Origin: Candidatus Eiseniibacteriota bacterium
GTDB lineage: Bacteria; Eisenbacteria; RBG-16-71-46; CAIMUX01; VGJL01
Reading direction: 5' to 3'
Length of the DNA: 64,000 bases
Assembly (NCBI GenBank): GCA_963792585.1
Contig: CAWBWI010000003.1
Span: 192,001 to 256,000, forward strand
Below, piece after piece: positions 1-8,615 of the stretch (its first letter is position 1; the number at the start of each line of letters is the position of its first letter). Both the position numbers and the translations under genes were made by a program. A model generated the notes under the pieces. It was not told the origin of the DNA, did not search any database, and saw nothing but the letters and a program-made list of their open reading frames with translations.

Positions 1-2
1 AC

Positions 3-1682
3 GCCAAGGTCGAGATCTACGAGGTCGATCCCATCATCATCTTCAAGTTGCCCGACGACATCATCGAACGGCTCCGCAGGCACATCCTCGAGCCCGTTCC
101 CCCACGGCCGCTTCCCGATCCGCCGCCGTTCATCCAGGCGCCGGACGACCTGATCGGTCCCGTATTCCCGACATTGCCCCCTCCGCGTACGGCGCTCCGG
201 AGCCTGGAGCCGCCGCCCGTTGCGGAGGGTCTGCGCAACGCCGCGCTCGCGGGTGGCAATCTCGACTTCCGCAATCAGTTGCTCCTACACGTCGACTTCG
301 TCCGGAACTTCCTCTGCCGATTCTATCCCTGGCTCGTGCGGAAGGATCTGATCTCGACCGTCCAGACGGACGACTGCGGCCATTTCCAAGCGTTCGTCTT
401 CCTTGGTTGCTTCAACCGCGACAAACCCGACCTCTACTTCAGGGCCACGCAGCGGTTCTTCTGGTTCGATTTGCCGATCTACGAGCCGACGCCGGTCCGC
501 TGCCACACGTTCTGGGACTATCAGTGCGGCACCGAGGTGACCCTCTATACGACGAGCCCTCTCGCGCGAACCTGCCCGCCTTGCCCGCCGGTGAATGCCC
601 CGGACAACTGGGTTCTCGTGATGGCGATTGGGAACTTCCCCTTGAGCAAGATCCGCGGAACGGGGGTGACACTCCAGGCGACCACGAACGCCGACAACCT
701 GGGACTTACCGACGCCGATGGACCCTGGGGAGGACTCTTGCGTCCACGCATCGAGTTCGACAACTCGCTACGGGACAGCCTGGGCGTCAAGTACTACCAG
801 GTGTCGATCCGCAAAGGCACGTCGGGCAACTTCACGATCCTCACCGGGGACGTCACGCGTCATTTCATCCATGATGTCAACGGCCAGCCGGTGATCACCC
901 CGTATCCATTGGGTCCGCAAACGGTCAACAACGTCGCCAACCTCTTCGAGATTCCTCCGGGCCTGCCGCCCGAGGGACAGTGGAGCTTGCCGGACATCGT
1001 TGAGGATACGACGAGCGCGAAGTTCCCTAGCGTCGCTCTCGCGCCGGCCGACCAGCATGGCAAGTATCAGGTCAAGGTGGAGCTCTTCGACCTCAACGGT
1101 GCGGCGGTGAATCTCGCAGCGAAGGGAATCAAGTTCGTCGTCCCTACCTCCACCGATCTGAGCGGCACGATCGATACGGCGGAAGCGGGCACTCTCGGCC
1201 TGATCGACGGGAACGCCTTCGTCATGACGCTGCACATCGACAACAACCCATGCAGCCCTGCCGTTATCGACGCGCCCGAGCTGAATGGGAACGCCGCGAG
1301 CGACAACTGCGGCGTGTTGACCTACAACCCCAACGCCCCGGGATCGGTCACATTCGGGTGGACCGCCTCGCATCCAAACGGGCTGGCCGGAAACGGCTTC
1401 GCGACCTACAGCTTCGTCATCTACAGGGGGGTGAATCCGCTCTTCGTTCCCCCCGGCTCTCCTACGCTTCCGTCATCCGGCATCGCGAAGATCGGTGCGG
1501 CGGCTTTCTCGGACACCCAGACGGTCAGCGACCTCCTGGGCGGCTGCACGATTGCCGGCTTCTCGGAGAACCTCTACGTTGCGGCGATGGCGATCGACGG
1601 ACTGCGTCGTCTTACGGAGTACGACACCTCGGCGGTGCGCGCTTTCGTTCTCGCGCCGCCCCAGCCTCAACTGAATCCATAG
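3..1682 (+). CDS. Hypothetical protein, 5'-partial; Pro/Cys-rich with beta-rich C-terminal domains
   Basis: The frame is open from position 3 (AKVEIYEVDPIIIFKLPDD...) to the stop at 1682, with protein-like composition. No family recognised. Confidence 0.8.
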   Translation, partial: AKVEIYEVDPIIIFKLPDDIIERLRRHILEPVPPRPLPDPPPFIQAPDDLIGPVFPTLPPPRTALRSLEPPPVAEGLRNAALAGGNLDFRNQLLLHVDFVRNFLCRFYPWLVRKDLISTVQTDDCGHFQAFVFLGCFNRDKPDLYFRATQRFFWFDLPIYEPTPVRCHTFWDYQCGTEVTLYTTSPLARTCPPCPPVNAPDNWVLVMAIGNFPLSKIRGTGVTLQATTNADNLGLTDADGPWGGLLRPRIEFDNSLRDSLGVKYYQVSIRKGTSGNFTILTGDVTRHFIHDVNGQPVITPYPLGPQTVNNVANLFEIPPGLPPEGQWSLPDIVEDTTSAKFPSVALAPADQHGKYQVKVELFDLNGAAVNLAAKGIKFVVPTSTDLSGTIDTAEAGTLGLIDGNAFVMTLHIDNNPCSPAVIDAPELNGNAASDNCGVLTYNPNAPGSVTFGWTASHPNGLAGNGFATYSFVIYRGVNPLFVPPGSPTLPSSGIAKIGAAAFSDTQTVSDLLGGCTIAGFSENLYVAAMAIDGLRRLTEYDTSAVRAFVLAPPQPQLNP

Positions 1683-1707
1683 CGCACGGGCCCCTGCCCA
1701 AAGACTT

Positions 1708-1746
1708 CGCCACCGCCGGCGGCCGATCGGGCCGCCGGCGGTGGCG
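1708..1746. terminator. Perfect 17-bp GC-rich hairpin between convergent genes; probable terminator or RNA stabiliser
   Basis: CGCCACCGCCGGCGGCC-GATCG-GGCCGCCGGCGGTGGCG, with only weak U-tracts. Confidence 0.6.
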
Positions 1747-1764
1747 TTGCTTGGTGGATCCTGG

Positions 1765-4401
1765 TCACCCGGCCCGTCGTAGTCCGTCGTCCGAATCCCC
1801 CATCTCATCCTCGGAGGCTACATCGAAGGAGACGTTCGCGGGGCCCGACTGGACCCGCAATGGCGCCTGGAAGCTCCCGTCGGTTTCCCCTTCTCGTGAT
1901 GGCTCGGGATCGGCCAGGAACCTCCGGACCTCGGCGGCATGGATGACGCGGACCGGAGGGGTCTGCCCACCCCTCTCTGCGGCAAGCGGGACGAGGCCCC
2001 CGATGTGTTCACAGGACAGGGCCGCCGTATCGCCATCCTCTCGGAGCACGACCAGATGCTTCTCTATGCCCGGTGTCTCCCGGAGAAGGGCACCAAGACT
2101 CACCACATCCCCCGAGGTCTGTCCTGGTTCCGTCCTCGAGGCGCTCCGCATGCCGACAGTTCCGATTCTCTCCACGTTTTCCCAGAGCACCCCCGCGCGC
2201 GCCGCGCCAGAGCCGATGATGAGGATCTTCGTGCTCACCGGCGTGATCCCCGCAAACCCTCCGATGGAATCTTCCGCCTCCTCCGGGCCGCTGACCTCCT
2301 CGGCCACCGTTTCGAACCGCGGCTCGTCCTCATGGATGGTCGTTTCGAGCGTCGGCTCGACTTCCCGTTCGATTTCCGCCTCTTGCCCGGCCTCCGGCTC
2401 GGATTCGAGTACCTGCTCGGGGATCGGAGGCCTCTCCGGCACTTGCTTCGCCCGCGGCCCGGGCTCCATCTTCTCTTCCGCCGTCGGCTCGCTCTTCGGC
2501 CGAGATTGCGGCGCACATCCCAAGCCGTCCTGCTTTCCGGATCGACTCGCGATGCGTTCGCAGAGACGTTCGATCGCCAGGCACAAGACTTCTGTCGGGA
2601 CTTGTACAAACGTACCCATCGTGTCATCCGGTGAGAAATAGACGATGAGCACGCCTGTTCCATCTTGGCTCACTGCGCCGGCGTAGGAACTTGCGGAGAT
2701 CGGCGCGCCGGGCCGCGCGTCGAGTTCCGCGGAGCCGCCTGCGACACTCCCCCACTTGCGGATCCATGCCTCCACTTCCCCGACTCTCTCTTCCGCCAGA
2801 TCGCCCAACGCCTCGCATGCTGTTCCCACGATGGGCGTGATGATGGGCGTCGCTCCCGGAGCCTGGATCCAGAGCGCGGCATCGGCCGCGAGAAGGCTGA
2901 CGGCAAGGTTCAGGAGTGCGTGAGTGCGCTCCTCGGAATTCAGTCCGTCGAGATCTTCAGCCTCATCAGCAATCCGCATCTCCAGTTCCGAAACGAAATC
3001 GCGATCGGCGACGTTCTCCTCAACGGCGAGAATCTCCTCGACCAGATGAACGACGTCGGTCAGAAGCTCCACCTCGCTCCGCACTTGGGCACGTGCGATG
3101 CGGCAATCTTCGAATACCAATATGGCAGGGGATCTGAAGGATCGGATCGGAATGTAGGCCACGACGATTCGATCTTCCGTCTCATCGTCGGACATCTCCA
3201 CGATTCGGGGCTTTCCATTCCGAATGATCCACCCGAGCAGTCCTCGATCCGCGGACTGGCTGGCCTCGCGTCCGATCGAGAGACCGGAGTCCGGGTTCAC
3301 TTTGTGGAATCGGTTGCTCTGCAGGTCTAGAAGGAAGAGCTGACAGTTCCCTGCGTGGACCGCCTTCCCCATCGCTTCTGCGATGCAGCTGATCCGGATC
3401 GGGAGGGTCTCCTCCAAGCTCATGATCCGATCGACCAGTCGGCGCAGCATTTCCCTTCGCTCGCCATCGGCATGATCCAGACGGATCGCTCCCAGCAGCG
3501 CGCGGTTCGCCGCCTTCGCATGCTGCTCCATGCTGCGAACGAGCGGCTCGAGATCGACTTCGCCCATGGATTCCGTATTGACGCTCAGGACGCCGACCGG
3601 CCGGCCGGCCAGGGTGATCGGAACGCTCAGAGCGATCCTCGTCGACGCGCAGTCGGGCGATTCGGCCATCACGGCAACGGGCTGCTGCGCCGAGCATCGC
3701 TGCCCGGTGGCATAGGCACGACCGGCGACCCCTACGCCCGGCCGCAATCGCAGCCCCAGAATCTCTCGCGCCCGAGAGCCGAGGGCGGTTGCGACCCGTA
3801 GGTGCTCACCATCCGCGTCCATCAACATGATGCTCCCGGTGGTGGCCCCCGTTCGATGCACGACGCGCTCGAGGATGCCGGTGACTCTCGGATCCCCAAC
3901 ATCCAGCTCCACAGTCCCGGCCGGAGCGACCGGACCAAGGCCGAGCAGTATCCTGCCATCGAAGCAGTCCCGCACCCCCCCCTGGAAGCCGTCTTGGGAA
4001 TCGTCCTCCTGGGCAATATTCCCGCCACTGATGACGGAGATGGAGACGGTTGCGATCTCGCCGATCTCGGCTACGGCTTCCGCGAAGGGGATCACTGTGA
4101 CAGGACTATCTGCCACCATCGCCCGAACGGTCTCGATCCCGACCGCGGATCGCTCGCCGATCACGATCTTGTCGCACGCCAGCAGGGCATCCCGTGTTGG
4201 CGTCCTGAGGAGTGGAATATTCAGCCGTTTCGCCAGGAGGGCAGCCTCGGAGCGATCATCAAGCGCGATCACGACCGCGGCATCCCATGATTGCGCTTGC
4301 AGCAACTGGGTAAGCGTCCGCATTCCCATGTTGGGGATTTCGATCAACCCAATGCGGGGTCGAGAAGGAACCCTGTTCTGCGCTAGGTCTCTCTGGTTCA
4401 C
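1765..4401 (-). CDS. Multi-GAF signalling protein with Rossmann-like N-terminus, acidic linker and degenerate C-terminal CheW-like domain
   Basis: GTG start with AGGAG SD. GAF motifs GSIMLMD...LRVATALG...GVAGRA...LSVPI...PVGVLSV and a second GAF (QLFLLD...GLLGWII...YIPI). E/P-rich linker, then a CheW-like pattern (ILIIG...VERI...VVSLGALL...LVVL...AALSCEHIGGL...VRVI). Confidence 0.7.
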   Translation of the reverse strand: MNQRDLAQNRVPSRPRIGLIEIPNMGMRTLTQLLQAQSWDAAVVIALDDRSEAALLAKRLNIPLLRTPTRDALLACDKIVIGERSAVGIETVRAMVADSPVTVIPFAEAVAEIGEIATVSISVISGGNIAQEDDSQDGFQGGVRDCFDGRILLGLGPVAPAGTVELDVGDPRVTGILERVVHRTGATTGSIMLMDADGEHLRVATALGSRAREILGLRLRPGVGVAGRAYATGQRCSAQQPVAVMAESPDCASTRIALSVPITLAGRPVGVLSVNTESMGEVDLEPLVRSMEQHAKAANRALLGAIRLDHADGERREMLRRLVDRIMSLEETLPIRISCIAEAMGKAVHAGNCQLFLLDLQSNRFHKVNPDSGLSIGREASQSADRGLLGWIIRNGKPRIVEMSDDETEDRIVVAYIPIRSFRSPAILVFEDCRIARAQVRSEVELLTDVVHLVEEILAVEENVADRDFVSELEMRIADEAEDLDGLNSEERTHALLNLAVSLLAADAALWIQAPGATPIITPIVGTACEALGDLAEERVGEVEAWIRKWGSVAGGSAELDARPGAPISASSYAGAVSQDGTGVLIVYFSPDDTMGTFVQVPTEVLCLAIERLCERIASRSGKQDGLGCAPQSRPKSEPTAEEKMEPGPRAKQVPERPPIPEQVLESEPEAGQEAEIEREVEPTLETTIHEDEPRFETVAEEVSGPEEAEDSIGGFAGITPVSTKILIIGSGAARAGVLWENVERIGTVGMRSASRTEPGQTSGDVVSLGALLRETPGIEKHLVVLREDGDTAALSCEHIGGLVPLAAERGGQTPPVRVIHAAEVRRFLADPEPSREGETDGSFQAPLRVQSGPANVSFDVASEDEMGDSDDGLRRAG

Positions 4402-4873
4402 ATCGCACTCCTTGCAACAGTCACGAATACCAGCTTCGAACGGTCGAAAGTGACTCGGGCTTCAAGGTAGAAATCGTCCGAACGATCGCGGATTAGAACT
4501 ACTTTCGACTTCGGGCCCCCGAGTTTTGCGGGCGGGCGGGGGCCTGGGGCCTTCGTCGCTTGGCCTCCGTGGAGTCTCTGGGGTTTTGGAGTCGTGTCTG
4601 CCGATCCGTGCGGAATACGTGAATTCTCACGCAAGAGAAGAATCGTCGGCCAATCCTCGCATCCCAAAGCCCTGACGCTCGGTATACTCGATTTCAAACT
4701 GGAGAATTACCCGAGCGGTCCGATACTTGGATGGGGCTGGATCATTATTACGATGAACGTGCGTTCGGCCGCAGCTTGCGGCTGGAGACTTCTCGACTTC
4801 GACTGGATCTCTGCTCGGTTGCCCGCCCGGGGAGTCCCCACTCCATACGGACAACCCACCCGAGGATGGAAAG

Positions 4874-5755
4874 ATGGGTCTTCCGATCGGTCTGCTGGAG
4901 AGCATCGAGGGCCTTGCTCCCCTGCCGGCCACCGCCCGTCGCTTGATGGAGGCCCTTGCCGATGAAGGGGCGTCCATAGACGAGATCACCGAGATCATTC
5001 AATTCGACGAAGCCGTCGCCTCGAACATTCTGCGCATCGCGAATTCGTCGATGTTCGGTGGACTCGAACCAACGATCGATCCTCGGGCTGCGGTGCTGCG
5101 GCTCGGATCGAGCGCCATTCTCAACCTCGTACTTCATGACTATTTGCTGAAGCAAGGCGGCGGCGGGCAGGTATACGACATGGATGAGAACGAACTCTGG
5201 CTCCATGGGGCCGTTTGTTCAATCGCCGTGGACGCCCTTAGGCAGGAGTGCAAGGGTCGCCCGGTTCCTGCTTGTGCCCAATTGGCGGCCCTCGTCCACG
5301 ACATCGGGAAGCTCGTCATCGTTCGATACCTGACGAAAGATGCGACGGCGATTCGGGACACTTGCCGAGAACGCGGGGTCTCGTTCGTGCGCGCAGAGAG
5401 GGAGATCCTGGGCTGCGACCATGCGGAGATCGGCGGCTTCCTGGCGCGGAACTGGGGCTTCGTCGATGTGATCACCCGGGCAATTGAAGAGCACCACAAG
5501 ACGCCTGTATCCGAACCGACCGCTATCTTGGACTTCGTCATCGCCGCGAACCTCATCTCGAAATCAATCGGAGTCGGCATCGGTGCCGAAGGGCTGTGCT
5601 TCGAGTTCGACCTGGGTACGCCCGATCGGCTGGGTATCAACTCGCTCGGCTTCACGAGGGCGTGCGTCTACACCTCCACCCGCCTCCAAGGGCTGAAAGA
5701 GGCCTACGGGATCACGGGCCCTCCTGTCGCCGGGCGCAGTTCCGGTGGGAGATAG
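4874..5755 (+). CDS. HDOD domain-containing signal transduction protein
   Basis: LAPLP...D...ILRIANS...AVLRLG, LWLHG, ALVHDIGK, DHAEIG...WGF...AIEEHH. Confidence 0.92.
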   Translation: MGLPIGLLESIEGLAPLPATARRLMEALADEGASIDEITEIIQFDEAVASNILRIANSSMFGGLEPTIDPRAAVLRLGSSAILNLVLHDYLLKQGGGGQVYDMDENELWLHGAVCSIAVDALRQECKGRPVPACAQLAALVHDIGKLVIVRYLTKDATAIRDTCRERGVSFVRAEREILGCDHAEIGGFLARNWGFVDVITRAIEEHHKTPVSEPTAILDFVIAANLISKSIGVGIGAEGLCFEFDLGTPDRLGINSLGFTRACVYTSTRLQGLKEAYGITGPPVAGRSSGGR

Positions 5756-5778
5756 GCCAGCCGATTTCCGGCGCCCGG

Positions 5779-6750
5779 CTAGATCCCGCCGAATCTATCG
5801 GTCGCCGCCACCAGCGCGCGGCTATTGGGTCCTTCGAAGCCACTATGACCACTGTCCGGCGAGATGATGAAGTCCGCCTCAGGCCATGCCTTGTGGAGGT
5901 CCCATGCGCTGGCCATGGGACATACCACGTCGTACCGGCCTTGGACGATCGCTCCCGGGATGTGACGGATTCGGTCCACGTCCCGCAGCAGCTGCCCGTC
6001 CACGTCGAAGAAGCCTCGGTTCACGAAGTAATGAGCCTCGATGCGGGCAAACGCCAGCGCGAACTCCGCCTCCTCGAAATGTGCAACCAAATCGGAGTCC
6101 GGGATGAGCTTTGACGTGGCACCTTCCCAACCCGACCAGACTTTCGCCGCCGCGAGTCGCACGTCCGGATCGTCGTCTGTAAGACGCCTATGGTAGGCGC
6201 CCACGAGATCGCCCCGCTCCGCTTCCGGGATGTGATTCAGGTAGGGCTCCCACGCGTCCGGGAATAGGGTCGAGGCGCCCTTCTGGTAAAACCACTCGAT
6301 CTCCTGGCGCCTGAGCAGAAAGATACCGCGAAGCACCAGTTCCGTTACCCGGTCAGGGCATTTCTCCGCATAAGCGAGAGCCAACGTAGACCCCCAGCTA
6401 CCGCCGAAGACTTGCCATTTCGCGATCCCGAGGTGTACACGGAGCTTCTCGATGTCGGCCACAAGGTCCCAGGTGGTGTTTCCTTCCAGGCTGGCGTGCG
6501 GCGTGCTCTTGCCGCATCCCCGCTGGTCGAAGTTCACGATCCTGTAGCGGCCGGGATGAAAGAATCGCCTTTGCTTTGGATCGGACCCGCCCCCCGGACC
6601 GCCGTGAAGGAATACCACGGGTTTGCCCGTGGGATTACCGCTTTCCTCGTAGGATATCTCGTGGAGGTCGGACACCTTCAGGCGCTGCGTATTGTATGGT
6701 TCGATGGCGGGGTAGAGCCAGGTGAGCGGATCCTTGATGGGGTGTGTCAT
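5779..6750 (-). CDS. pip: Proline iminopeptidase (S33)
   Basis: HGGPGGG, DQRGCGKS, GGSWG nucleophile, QGRYDVVCP, SGHS; SD GGAGG upstream. Confidence 0.96.
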   Translation of the reverse strand: MTHPIKDPLTWLYPAIEPYNTQRLKVSDLHEISYEESGNPTGKPVVFLHGGPGGGSDPKQRRFFHPGRYRIVNFDQRGCGKSTPHASLEGNTTWDLVADIEKLRVHLGIAKWQVFGGSWGSTLALAYAEKCPDRVTELVLRGIFLLRRQEIEWFYQKGASTLFPDAWEPYLNHIPEAERGDLVGAYHRRLTDDDPDVRLAAAKVWSGWEGATSKLIPDSDLVAHFEEAEFALAFARIEAHYFVNRGFFDVDGQLLRDVDRIRHIPGAIVQGRYDVVCPMASAWDLHKAWPEADFIISPDSGHSGFEGPNSRALVAATDRFGGI

Positions 6751-7056
6751 GGGTACGTCCTCCGTCGATGACCGTCCGGCCAGAGCCTACCGGCATTTCT
6801 TGGGGGCACGAGCCCCGTGCAGCTACGGATGGCGACGCCCTCCCGCTTCGCGCGTCGGAGCGCCGCCGCAACACCATTGACTGAAACGATCTCAATCGTA
6901 GCACGTGAGGATCCTAAGGCGGTTGCGTCTCTTCCGCGGCACCTTGGGGATGGGCCATTTCCCCCATCTCGTCGCGCCGCCGGGGTGTGTCCGCACCGCC
7001 GGCGCATGAGCCGCCGGGCCGGGATACAACAGACCCACCCGCGGGAGACCTCTTGC

Positions 7057-7084
7057 TCACGAGCGTTGAGTCTCCTGCCGATAA
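7057..7084 (+). promoter_or_regulatory. Putative sigma28 (FliA)-type promoter of the EAL-HDOD gene
   Basis: TCACG-N15-GCCGATAA. The -10 box is a perfect consensus match and lies 8 nt before the GTG at 7093. Confidence 0.5.
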
Positions 7085-7092
7085 CTGCGAAC

Positions 7093-8325
7093 GTGGACAC
7101 ATTTATCGCCCGACAACCGATCTTCGATAGATTGCTTGAAGTCCAGGCATACGAGCTCCTCTTCCGGAGTGGACTCGACAATGCCTTCCTCGCCTCGAAC
7201 CAAGAACAAGCCAGCTCGAAGGTCATCGCGGACAGCTTGTTGCTGCCGCGCCTCGACGCCGTTTCGGGCGGTAAGATGGCCTACGTCAATGTCACCCGTG
7301 ACGTGCTCCTTCGCTCATGGATCACGTTGCTTCCTCCGGCCAGCACGACCGTGGAGATTCTGGAGACCATCCGGCCCGATCGAGATACGATCCATGCGTG
7401 CGATCACCTCAAGAGCCTGGGTTACCGGATCGCGCTCGACGATTTCCAATACTCCCCCGAGTACGAGCCCCTGATCGACCTGGCGGACATCGTGAAGGTC
7501 GACGTGCTGATCTCGGATCTTGGAGAGTGTGCCGCACTCGCCAAGCGCCTTCGGAATCGCGGCGTGACGTTACTCGCAGAGAAGGTCGAGACCGTTGATG
7601 CGTTCAAGAAGCTGTCCGACCTCGGATACGAGCTCTTCCAGGGGTATTTCTTTGCGCGCCCTGTGATTCTACGCGGCCGCGATATCTCGACGTCTCAGGT
7701 CAGCTGCCTTCAGGTCATCCAGGAAATCCACCGACCCGATCTCGATATCTCCGAGATAGGCGCGATCATCGAGCGAGAAGTCGGGCTGACCTACAAGCTG
7801 CTCCGCTACATCAACTCGGCGTTCTTCGGGTGGCAGGGATCCGTAGATTCGGTGCGGCACGCATTGCTCCTACTGGGCCAGCACAATATCAAGCGATGGG
7901 CGACCGTCGTCGCGCTGGCGAGCATGGCTGCCGACCAACCAGATGAGCTCATCACAATGGGGCTGCTGCGCGCCCGCTTCTGCGAGCAACTGGGCGGTGT
8001 GGCCGGCCTGACGACTCGTGGGTCCGACCTGTTCTTCGTCGGTCTCTTCTCGGTCCTCGAGGCAATCCTCGGGATTCCCGTCGACGAGATCTTGAAGGGA
8101 CTCCCCATCGACGAGGAAGCCAAAGCCGCGCTCTTGGGGAAACCCTGCACGCTCCGCAGCGTCCTGGATCTCGTCATCGCCTATACACAGGGAGACTGGA
8201 CGATCGTGGAGACCCGCGCCGCCGAACTCGGCGTCTCCGAGCAGGAGCTGCCGATCCAGTATGAGTCGGCCCTCGGGTGGTGTGGAGCGAGCCACAGCAT
8301 TACGAGATCCTCGAAGGCAGCCTAG
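7093..8325 (+). CDS. EAL + HDOD domain protein (YuxH/PdeH-like c-di-GMP phosphodiesterase family)
   Basis: FIARQPIFD, AYELLFR, VEILE, ALDDF, KVD, AEKVET, FQGYFF, then HDOD (YKLLRYINS). Start taken as GTG 7093; the ORF-track extension from 6817 looks non-coding. Confidence 0.9.
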   Translation: MDTFIARQPIFDRLLEVQAYELLFRSGLDNAFLASNQEQASSKVIADSLLLPRLDAVSGGKMAYVNVTRDVLLRSWITLLPPASTTVEILETIRPDRDTIHACDHLKSLGYRIALDDFQYSPEYEPLIDLADIVKVDVLISDLGECAALAKRLRNRGVTLLAEKVETVDAFKKLSDLGYELFQGYFFARPVILRGRDISTSQVSCLQVIQEIHRPDLDISEIGAIIEREVGLTYKLLRYINSAFFGWQGSVDSVRHALLLLGQHNIKRWATVVALASMAADQPDELITMGLLRARFCEQLGGVAGLTTRGSDLFFVGLFSVLEAILGIPVDEILKGLPIDEEAKAALLGKPCTLRSVLDLVIAYTQGDWTIVETRAAELGVSEQELPIQYESALGWCGASHSITRSSKAA

Positions 8326-8559
8326 CTCCATAGACCGCCGCATTCATCAGGACCAAGCGGGCCAGGACGCCTCCCCGCTACACGCGGCATCATTGTCAAC
8401 GGGATCTCGGCTCCTCGGTCAAACCGCCCGCTCCGTCGCGAACAGGTCGGCAATTGCGGGTCATGCTCGACAACGCGGCGCAATAGAGTGAATGGGATCG
8501 ACTCCGTCGCCTCGCCCGAGGAATCCTCGCTCACGCCCCTGAATTCGAGGTATGTAAAC

Positions 8560-8582
8560 GGGGCGGCCACGGGCGCCGCCCC
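8560..8582 (-). terminator. Hairpin downstream of the M28 peptidase gene; possible terminator
   Basis: GGGGCGGC-N7-GCCGCCCC, followed on the minus strand by GTTTAC. Confidence 0.4.
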
Positions 8583-8615
8583 CATTCACTCGCATGTCGT
8601 GGTCTGTCGTTCGAC

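Noticed and set aside
4402..4873. Riboswitch, ncRNA or sigma28 promoter in the 470-bp GAF/HDOD intergenic region
   Set aside because: No recognisable consensus, and the candidate CCGAT boxes lack a correctly spaced -35. An ncRNA cannot be excluded without a covariance search.
6817..7092. N-terminal extensions in the ORF track (also 16890, 22344, 25760, 37962, 38983, 53541)
   Set aside because: They are low-complexity, non-homologous sequence or overlap neighbouring genes; downstream starts fit SD position or family N-termini better.
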